From an uncultured virus (IMG/VR IMGVR_UViG_2811995017_000004) (taxonomy: Duplodnaviria > Heunggongvirae > Uroviricota > Caudoviricetes): a stretch of DNA of 64,000 nucleotides. The stretch's first letter is position 1. Every line of letters begins with the position of its first letter. Positions 9,655-16,980 of this stretch are shown here, one piece after another. A program made the position numbers and the translations under genes. The stretch spans positions 62,001 to 126,000 of the IMG/VR virus record IMGVR_UViG_2811995017_000004; one strand, 5' to 3'. Under the pieces are notes generated by a model. That model worked only from the letters and a program-made list of their open reading frames with translations, ran no database searches and was not told the DNA's origin.

Positions 9655-9891
9655 TATATTTCTTTTAATTTGTTTATAAATGTGTATTAGTCTGTGAAGG
9701 GTTTGGGATGGTGCAGACCAAAACATTTAAGGCAGCGAAGCTGTTTTAAATGTTTGTCAGCATCCCAATGTTTTTCTTTATTTATTCTTTTAATTTATAT
9801 ACATCCTTTGTTTTACGAGACAAGCCTAAAAACCCCTTGTGTATCAAGCTTTTTAAAAATGGTTTATTGCTTTTTTTTTCATATCCTTCTT

Positions 9892-11121
9892 TTAAATTTT
9901 GTTTTCAAGCCAGTTTTTTAACAATCCCCTCATTCTTGCAGATGGAACATATATATTTATTGTTCCTCCGTTTCGTATAGCTGATCTCCAAATCCATTGA
10001 ATCATCTCAGATAACGCATAGATATCTTGGTTAATTAATATTCCTTTTGATCTGAAATAATCGTCAATAGCTGGATTGACAAATCTGTTTATTGAATAGA
10101 CTAATGTCTTTTTGTGGCTATATTCATTTGTTGCCTTTGTATTGCAAGGTAAAAAGCCTTTTGTGTATCCCTTCCCGCTCAATTTGCTTTTATGTGTTTT
10201 GAATGTTGTCCAAAGATTATCTTTTGATTTTGATTTAATAATATTTTGATAATAATTTAAGATATTATTTTTAAGTCTTTTATGTAGTGCTGAACGTCTT
10301 TCAAACCAGTTTTTAGATAATGCATATTTGTCATCACCTATTTTGTTTAATTGCCCTTCATATATCTTTATTTTGTCTTTTAGATCCGCTTTTATTTTCT
10401 TATCATTGTCTTTATTATAGTTAATTAGTTTATATTCATTCCCATCGTTAATTACTGTGTATAGACTGTATTGAATATTATTCAGATCATAATAATATTT
10501 TTGTATTTGGGCATCAAACAAATAAGTTAAATTATATACCTGTTTAAACTGTTTAAAGATATCGGCTGGAAATTGCCAAAAAAGAACGCTGTCGTTATGT
10601 AAAATTAAATTTCTGCTCAATGCTAATTGTTTAAGGTTTTGAAATTCTCCTTTGTATTCCCTGTTTAACTTTTCTTCATGTTCTGCATTCCAAACAATTT
10701 GACCGTTATTATTTATAATCCATTTGTTTTTAAACAGCATATCTAAATCATCTTTTGATATGTTTAATTTTTTTACAACCTCCATAGCTTCATCTAGGAT
10801 TAGTGTATAGTTACCAGAATAAATAAGTTCTTTTGTTGTTTCATTAGCCATGCTAAATAATGCGTGTGTTGTTACAATATCTCTGTTTTCTGCTAAATAT
10901 TTGTGAAGTGAATCAAGTTTATATACTGTTTCCCCTTCCTCGCTGTGAACTTTAGGTTCATAAAATTTTCTATTCGTACATGATTTCTTTATTCTTGCCA
11001 CCTCATCAAGATAAGGCGTAATAAAAATAAAGTGTTCATCTTCTGAAGAATTATTCATCATATTAATTACATACGTTGTTTTGCCGCTTCCCATTATTGA
11101 ATCAATTACTTTAACTTTCAC
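9892..11121 (-). CDS. yonV: YonV-like P-loop NTPase / SF2 helicase-like protein
   Basis: Walker A MGSGKT, Walker B LILDE, motif VI-like QWIWRSAIR; 409 aa as recalled for SPbeta YonV. Confidence 0.8.
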   Translation of the reverse strand: MKVKVIDSIMGSGKTTYVINMMNNSSEDEHFIFITPYLDEVARIKKSCTNRKFYEPKVHSEEGETVYKLDSLHKYLAENRDIVTTHALFSMANETTKELIYSGNYTLILDEAMEVVKKLNISKDDLDMLFKNKWIINNNGQIVWNAEHEEKLNREYKGEFQNLKQLALSRNLILHNDSVLFWQFPADIFKQFKQVYNLTYLFDAQIQKYYYDLNNIQYSLYTVINDGNEYKLINYNKDNDKKIKADLKDKIKIYEGQLNKIGDDKYALSKNWFERRSALHKRLKNNILNYYQNIIKSKSKDNLWTTFKTHKSKLSGKGYTKGFLPCNTKATNEYSHKKTLVYSINRFVNPAIDDYFRSKGILINQDIYALSEMIQWIWRSAIRNGGTINIYVPSARMRGLLKNWLENKI

Positions 11122-11986
11122 TATAACGACTCTCCTTTTTATTATGTTTTATCCAACCTTTTAGGATATCCTCCATTCTTTTTGAAGCAACATAAATGTG
11201 AATAGGTTTATTTATATTTGAAACATCTACAATCCATTTAAGTAAAACCGAAAGCGCATAAGTCTCTTCAGTAAGATCTTTTAATTCTTCATATTTTCGT
11301 TTCAAAAATGGATTCAGAAAACAATTCGCCGCAAAACAAAGAGTATTACGTCTGTCATCCTCTTCAAGTTTATCTGTCAAAGGGACAAAAGACTTGATAT
11401 TACCAACATAAGATAACCTTTTATACTGTTGTGTAAATGTTGTCCATGCCCTGTCGTTATGGACAGTTTTAATTTGATTCGCAAAGTAATTGTTTATGTT
11501 AAGCCTTAATCTTTTTACCCCTTCACTATTTTTATTGAACCATAGTTTAGAATAGTCATATTTACCATTACCATATTTAGATAGATTGCCTTTCTTTTCG
11601 TGTATATTTAGATTTTTAATTAGTTTATTTTTGATTTCTTCATCCATTCTGTCAGAAAAGAAAACACTGTTTAAAAAGTCTACAGGTGCTGACTTTCTCT
11701 TTAATGAAGTGTCCAACATCACATTATAAAGGGTTGATACATCTTCCCCATCTATCCACATTTGTTCGATTTTTAATAAGTCTTTCTTGTCCTCAACATA
11801 TTCCAACACTTCAAAAGTGAAATCATTCAAACTGTATTTTTTCCAATCTTTTTGTAACAGGTGTGAATGATGCAACCCATAGTGCAGATCAGTCACATGC
11901 TGTTCCCATCTTTTGAATACATTTGAACTACTGCCTATATACTTCTTCCCGTTTTGTTTATTTGTTATTTGGTAAACGCCTTTCAT
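11111..11986 (-). CDS. GIY-YIG nuclease fused to a paralog of the YonV C-terminal domain
   Basis: GVYQI...YIGSS..V.KRW..H N-terminus; C-terminal half aligns by eye with the YonV C-terminus. Confidence 0.85.
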   Translation of the reverse strand: MKGVYQITNKQNGKKYIGSSSNVFKRWEQHVTDLHYGLHHSHLLQKDWKKYSLNDFTFEVLEYVEDKKDLLKIEQMWIDGEDVSTLYNVMLDTSLKRKSAPVDFLNSVFFSDRMDEEIKNKLIKNLNIHEKKGNLSKYGNGKYDYSKLWFNKNSEGVKRLRLNINNYFANQIKTVHNDRAWTTFTQQYKRLSYVGNIKSFVPLTDKLEEDDRRNTLCFAANCFLNPFLKRKYEELKDLTEETYALSVLLKWIVDVSNINKPIHIYVASKRMEDILKGWIKHNKKESRYSES

Positions 11987-12037
11987 TCACTATCTCCTTT
12001 TAATTTATGTTATGTATTGATGAGCGATTACCTTCAC

Positions 12038-12226
12038 TCATCTTTTTTGATTACGCTTGATTCCAAAGTAAACAAACCATGAAACCACAATAAGGACAAG
12101 CGTAACAATAAACACCGTATAAATAATGATCTGTGTTGTGCTGCTGAAGTATTGTTTATTGAACAAGAATAGAACAAAGCAAACAATAAACAATAAATGT
12201 GTTAGCCATAATGGATTACGCTTCAT
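12038..12226 (-). CDS. small two-TM membrane protein at the yoyJ position of the yonT operon
   Basis: Two hydrophobic segments and a basic tail, directly downstream of yonT. Confidence 0.65.
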   Translation of the reverse strand: MKRNPLWLTHLLFIVCFVLFLFNKQYFSSTTQIIIYTVFIVTLVLIVVSWFVYFGIKRNQKR

Positions 12227-12261
12227 GTTTTATCATGTGCTTGATTGTGTTATACTGTAGG

Positions 12262-12360
12262 TGTAGCTAAGGGAGAAGCCTCCCCTAGCCTTGCTGTATT
12301 ATTGGCGTGTACGTCTGCGATGCCTTGCCCGGATTCGCTTATGTATACGCCTTTTCTTTT
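12262..12360 (+). ncRNA. SR6-like antisense antitoxin RNA
   Basis: Extended -10 TGTTATACT at 12248-12256, hairpin GCTAAGGGAG/CTCCCCTAGC, closing stem GGCGTGTAC/GTATACGCC plus U-tract; antisense to the yonT 3' end. Confidence 0.7.
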
Positions 12361-12478
12361 GCTGTTTTTGGCGTTCCTTTCTTATCGCTGTCAGCTTCTC
12401 AATGATCGTTAAGATATTAAGTGTTAACGTTGATAAAGAAAGGACGGTAGCCAATACAACACCTACCTTATCAAGCAC
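12299..12478 (-). CDS. yonT: type I toxin YonT homolog (59 aa; below the ORF-track cutoff)
   Basis: MLDKVGVVLATVLSLSTLTLNILTIIEKLTAIRKERQKQQRKRRIHKRIRARHRRRTRQ: TM helix plus Arg-rich tail; AAAGGAGG RBS. Confidence 0.85.
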   Translation of the reverse strand: MLDKVGVVLATVLSLSTLTLNILTIIEKLTAIRKERQKQQKKRRIHKRIRARHRRRTRQ

Positions 12479-12503
12479 ATTTTCCCCTCCTTTCTATATA
12501 TTA

Positions 12504-12532
12504 ATTTTATCACGACTCCTTTAAATAGTCAA
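12504..12532 (-). promoter_or_regulatory. sigmaA promoter of yonT with the same operator dyad
   Basis: TTGACT-N17-TAAAAT. Confidence 0.75.
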
Positions 12533-12669
12533 TCATTATTTTTAATTTGTTTATAATTTTTAGGATGATAGATAAAGAGTGTTTACGTTCGATATAACAA
12601 GGATTAAAGTTGATGAGTGTATTTGGGTTAGGATTTGATTGTAACGTCTGTATGAGGCTGTAAAGGTGG

Positions 12670-13006
12670 TTAGAATAGAAATAAAAAAGACCCAGTTATA
12701 AAACTGAGTCGTGTTTTATTTCTATTTTTAATTTGTTTTGTCATTTTATGAATCCCTTTCTTGTTTCGTTCCTTTACTAGACCTTTCAGTCTTCGTGTTG
12801 CTTTGATTTCCTGGCATTCACCTTTTGCAACTGACAGCCTATACTTTGCCCATTGTTTAGTTGAATCATCTAAGCCCCAACAGAAACGCAAAAGAGTCAT
12901 AACGTTTAGATCGTTATTATATTCAGCATGGGCAAACTCTTTAAACCATTTACCGGATTGGATAAGTCTTAACGAACGCTTGCGAGATTTTTCGCGAATG
13001 ATTCAA
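12670..13006 (-). CDS. hypothetical basic protein (apparent frameshift in A-run near 12990)
   Basis: AAGGAGG RBS before TTG 13006; the frame joins ORF 12670-12900 after a one-base correction. Confidence 0.5.
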
Positions 13007-13089
13007 AATTATCCTCCTTCCTCTAAACATATTATATATTCAATGAGTATGAAATAAAAGAGAAAAATTTAAAGGGCCATATCCCTTTT

Positions 13090-13371
13090 TTAAAAGATCC
13101 TATACATTGCTTTCTCATCATCGTTTTCAATGTGATTTTTCCACTTGGAAAGGAATTTATCTACTTTGTTGATGTGTTTTGAAGGCACATTCGTATGTCC
13201 CTCAATCGCAAGGTCGCGCTCAGATAAAACCTTAAACATTACACTAGAAATCGTTTTGCTTTCAAGGTTATCAAGTTCGGGCGCGAATTCATCTAAATGC
13301 AGCCCCCACGCTTCATTTAAACATTTCTCGAATTTTTCATTTTGACCCATAAATTTGATCGCTTTTGCCAT
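13090..13371 (-). CDS. hypothetical protein
   Basis: 93-aa ORF downstream of the 13420-13448 promoter. Confidence 0.7.
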   Translation of the reverse strand: MAKAIKFMGQNEKFEKCLNEAWGLHLDEFAPELDNLESKTISSVMFKVLSERDLAIEGHTNVPSKHINKVDKFLSKWKNHIENDDEKAMYRIF

Positions 13372-13419
13372 TTTTCATTTCCCCTTTCGGTTATATATGT
13401 ATCGATTAACTATATTTAA

Positions 13420-13448
13420 ATTGTATCACGACTATTAAAGATAGTCAA
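13420..13448 (-). promoter_or_regulatory. sigmaA promoter with GACTA...TAGTC operator
   Basis: TTGACT-N17-TACAAT. Confidence 0.75.
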
Positions 13449-13607
13449 TATATCATGTAATTATTTTTAATTTGTTTATGTTTGGATTCTCAACATACAT
13501 AAAATACCAATCTATTGACACATTGAATTAAGAGAGTTGCTAGGCTATGATTTCATCAGATGGAATTATTTATGTAAAGTTCCATCAAAAAGGAGGAGAG
13601 TTAAGAG

Positions 13608-14033
13608 ATGAAAAAAGTATTAAAACTATGTGTGTTGTTCGGTGTGAGTATGGCGATCTTATTAGGGTTCTCACCTCAGAATGCTTCTGCGGCTTGGTCA
13701 GATTGGCAAAGCTTTAATGGATTTAAACAAGGATGTCAAGTTCGCGTGTATACTGATGCATTGAACTACTCATCTAGAGCTAAGACAGTTGATGTGAAAG
13801 CCGAACAGAACGGTAAATGCGGGACTATTTATTATGAAATGTTTTTGTCTTGGAAAGGAGATTGGTCAATAGGAATGGGTGAAAATCTGCCAACAGGTTC
13901 GTTTACTTCCGTTACTCCTTTGAAATCTATAACTATCATACATCCGGAAGAAAAAACTGATGCTATTGTATATGTAGGATTGAAAAATCTTCAAACGGAG
14001 ATAATTTATATGAAGCTAAATCGAAATGGTTGA
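13608..14033 (+). CDS. secreted protein (moron)
   Basis: Sec signal peptide ending ASA-A, AAGGAGG RBS, own terminator at about 14051-14083. Confidence 0.8.
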   Translation: MKKVLKLCVLFGVSMAILLGFSPQNASAAWSDWQSFNGFKQGCQVRVYTDALNYSSRAKTVDVKAEQNGKCGTIYYEMFLSWKGDWSIGMGENLPTGSFTSVTPLKSITIIHPEEKTDAIVYVGLKNLQTEIIYMKLNRNG

Positions 14034-14739
14034 CTATAGAATAAATAACAAAGGGGATCAGTCTTGTGGCTGGTCTCTTTTTTAATGTGAGGAATAGCAA
14101 TGGAGAGAAATTTATAATATAGTACAAGTGTGTTAAAAAGAAAATAAGTCTTCGGCTCGCGGCTTGCTGTTATTCTCACGATTATAAATAAAAAAAGAAA
14201 TGTTTCAAGGGTTATTGTGAACACAAATTAAATTTTTTTGAAATATATTCACACAAACTATTGACTTTTCATTACAATGTGTTCTCAGGAAGATTCTGAA
14301 TAACGGTTCAATAAATCCAGTTATAATAGTGCTTATAACCGTAAATGAATTCCATATATTAGGTTATAGAGGGGGGTATATTAACATCCAAATTGCGTCA
14401 AATGGGGTTATATTCGCCCCTAGCACTTCCATTTCCACACCAAGATTATTTTTTCGATTTCAGTCAAAATTCAATCGTAATCGCTATCGTAAAATCCATT
14501 AATATCAACACATTTCACACTCTCCACTCCCTCTAAATCATTCCTCGTCCTACTCAAATCTTTCTCATCACCTTCTCCATCAAGGGTTTCACGATTCACC
14601 CTCCCCCTTTCCTAAATAAATAACACATAATTCCCTTGCAGCTACTGTCTTTTATTTACTTCTATCACCTCATAACGATAGCTACATTTTTTCGGTTTCA
14701 ATACAATATGAGGAAACAAAAAGAGATAATCGTTTCTGA

Positions 14740-15165
14740 TTATCCCCCTACAATATTTTTCCATAATGAAAGTAAGTTGTTCTTATTAGCTGCTGTATAG
14801 TCGGTATCTAATTTAAATTCTAACTTTTCATTCACGTGCCTTGGGATTACATGAAAATGAAGATGTTTAATATCTTGTTGAGCAAAATGCCCATTATCCG
14901 ACAATATAGTGTAATCTTCACAAACACCTGAGTTAATTAATATTCGAGGAACATTTATAAGAGAATTCATTAAAGCCTTTGAAAGTGAAGGATCGTTTAA
15001 GTGATCTAATCTTTCAATATGATTATTAGGGATAATTAATGTATGACCATATGAAATAGGATTTATATCAAGAAATGCTGTTACAAAGTCATTTTTGTAT
15101 ATCTCAAAACAAGAAATTTTTTGTCTAACTATATCACAAAATATACATTTATCCATTTCACTCAT
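14740..15165 (-). CDS. HIT-family nucleotide hydrolase
   Basis: CIFCDI N-terminus, FLDINP..GHTLIIP, HLHFHVIPR histidine triad. Confidence 0.92.
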   Translation of the reverse strand: MSEMDKCIFCDIVRQKISCFEIYKNDFVTAFLDINPISYGHTLIIPNNHIERLDHLNDPSLSKALMNSLINVPRILINSGVCEDYTILSDNGHFAQQDIKHLHFHVIPRHVNEKLEFKLDTDYTAANKNNLLSLWKNIVGG

Positions 15166-15436
15166 ACTTTGTTAAGTGTTCCCCTCTTTCTGACATTGTT
15201 TTCGCACATAATAAAAAATAAAATTCCATTTGTATAGTATTTCCGACTACACTTCTTTTCAAAAGTGAGGGTATAGAATATAAAGGTACAATATCGGTGA
15301 AAAAGTCTGTGTTAAAAGGTAATGACATTGCAGCTAACAACAAACTTACTAATTCACCTGGATTAACATTAAAAGAAACATTATCAATAACACGTGACTT
15401 TCCAAATGTCTTACTGACATAAGAAATAGCCAACAT
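15158..15436 (-). pseudogene. deletion remnant of an ABC exporter (ATPase N-terminus fused to probable permease tail)
   Basis: LAISYVSKTFGKSRVIDNVSFNVNPGELVSLL stops just before the expected Walker A, then switches to hydrophobic sequence. Confidence 0.65.
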
Positions 15437-15517
15437 TTATCTATCCCACCTCTAAACAGTTAAAAACAAGCCTACGTTTTCTTTTTGTAAGAAAACCTAG
15501 GCTTTTTATGTGTTCAA

Positions 15518-16186
15518 CTACACATTTACACTTGAATTTTTGCTATTTACATTTTCATATAGCGTATTGTCAGTAATTCCATTGTCTTTGAAAGCCTTTT
15601 GCCTATTTTTGCATGGATCACACCAACCACAATGAATAGTGCTATTAGAAGCGCAACTCCAAGTTTCTTCAAGTGGTACACCAAGATCGAATCCAATTTT
15701 TAAAACCTCTGCTTTTGTCTTATCAAGAAATGGTGTGTGAATTTTAAATTCGCGACCCAATTCAATTGAAATAGCTTTTGAAAGTAAATTGAAAAATTCA
15801 TAATTGTTTTCTCTAAAGATCGTATCATCCTTGTGAACCGCGTAAAATAAATGATGAATGTCATTCTCTGCTGCATAAGAAGCAGCTAAAGAAATAGCAA
15901 TTCCTGCTCCAAATGCTTTAATAGGAGATGGTAGATGGGCTATACGAAGAATATGAATTGGATCGTCTTCCATATAGAATTCTCGTAAAACGCTTTCAAA
16001 ACTAATGAATTTATGAGACTTACTAATATCTTTCGCGATGAAATTAGCGGTTCTCTTTTCTGCCTCCCCCTCTTCTTCTCCAAAATTGAACGTTAATGTG
16101 TGCAGTTCATATCCCTGATGTTTAATCCAGTAAGCCAAGGTTGAAGAATCTGGTCCTCCTGATAACATTAGCAACGCTTTTTCCAT
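15518..16186 (-). CDS. divergent QueC-family PP-loop enzyme
   Basis: LSGGPDS PP-loop, TPF...KAEV, TWSC...HCGWCDPC..R zinc site; lacks canonical YVPxRN and YPDC segments. Confidence 0.85.
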   Translation of the reverse strand: MEKALLMLSGGPDSSTLAYWIKHQGYELHTLTFNFGEEEGEAEKRTANFIAKDISKSHKFISFESVLREFYMEDDPIHILRIAHLPSPIKAFGAGIAISLAASYAAENDIHHLFYAVHKDDTIFRENNYEFFNLLSKAISIELGREFKIHTPFLDKTKAEVLKIGFDLGVPLEETWSCASNSTIHCGWCDPCKNRQKAFKDNGITDNTLYENVNSKNSSVNV

Positions 16187-16497
16187 TAAAAATCACCTCT
16201 TCCATATTTTTATTATATTGTAACCACAGCCCTTATTTGGATCAATATATTTTTTGAAATTATTGAAAATACAATTAATATTGCCTATTTTGGGTCGTGT
16301 TATGTTCAAACCTGAAAGGTTATGGTATTAAAAAAACATTAGACATAAACAAATTAAAAGGATATAATTAATATAGAAAAGTAAGCAGGGAGTGATTTTG
16401 ATATGTGATTAGGATCAGTTGATCAGTGTTAACCGCCCTAAGAATATTCAATAGGAGTGTGATTCAATGAATAAATCGAATATTTTGGAGGAGAAGC

Positions 16498-16950
16498 ATG
16501 TTACTACATAATACAGAAGGATATACATTAACAAAAGACATTCAAATCAAAGAAAACGGTCATACATACATTAAACGAGAAGTATTAAACCGTGCTCTGA
16601 ACATTGGTGAATCAGCCTTTGTTGGTAATAGCAGAAACAAGATTAAGAGATTAAGTGAAGAAGAATATATGTTTATTAGAAAAGAACCTGTTACCAGTGA
16701 AAACACTGTTGTTTCAAAAAGGTTATTAAACAAATTAAAAGGATTGGTCGAAGATGAATTTAGAGATGATATTTGTCTTTCTTCAGAAGAGAAACTGAAA
16801 CACGTTAAATTGATCATCAAGAGGAATCCTTGGATTGAAGATATGTCATTTATTTCTTCTCCATCCGATATGAGTAATGAGGATCTTCACTATTTGCTTG
16901 ATCAGATTGCATCATACATAACTGAAATTGAGTTATTTAAAACTAATTAA
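16498..16950 (+). CDS. hypothetical protein upstream of the RNA polymerase
   Basis: 150-aa ORF, GGAGG RBS. Confidence 0.7.
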   Translation: MLLHNTEGYTLTKDIQIKENGHTYIKREVLNRALNIGESAFVGNSRNKIKRLSEEEYMFIRKEPVTSENTVVSKRLLNKLKGLVEDEFRDDICLSSEEKLKHVKLIIKRNPWIEDMSFISSPSDMSNEDLHYLLDQIASYITEIELFKTN

Positions 16951-16980
16951 AAATACATAGTGTAAAATGAGGGGTGCCTA

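Noticed and set aside
15518..16186. 7-deazaguanine DNA-modification (dpd) cluster or housekeeping queC
   Set aside because: No dpdA, folE, queD or queE in the window, and the substrate motifs are divergent
1..16200. Arbitrium (aimR-aimP-aimX) or sublancin loci
   Set aside because: No TPR regulator-peptide pair or sun genes were seen; they would lie outside this window
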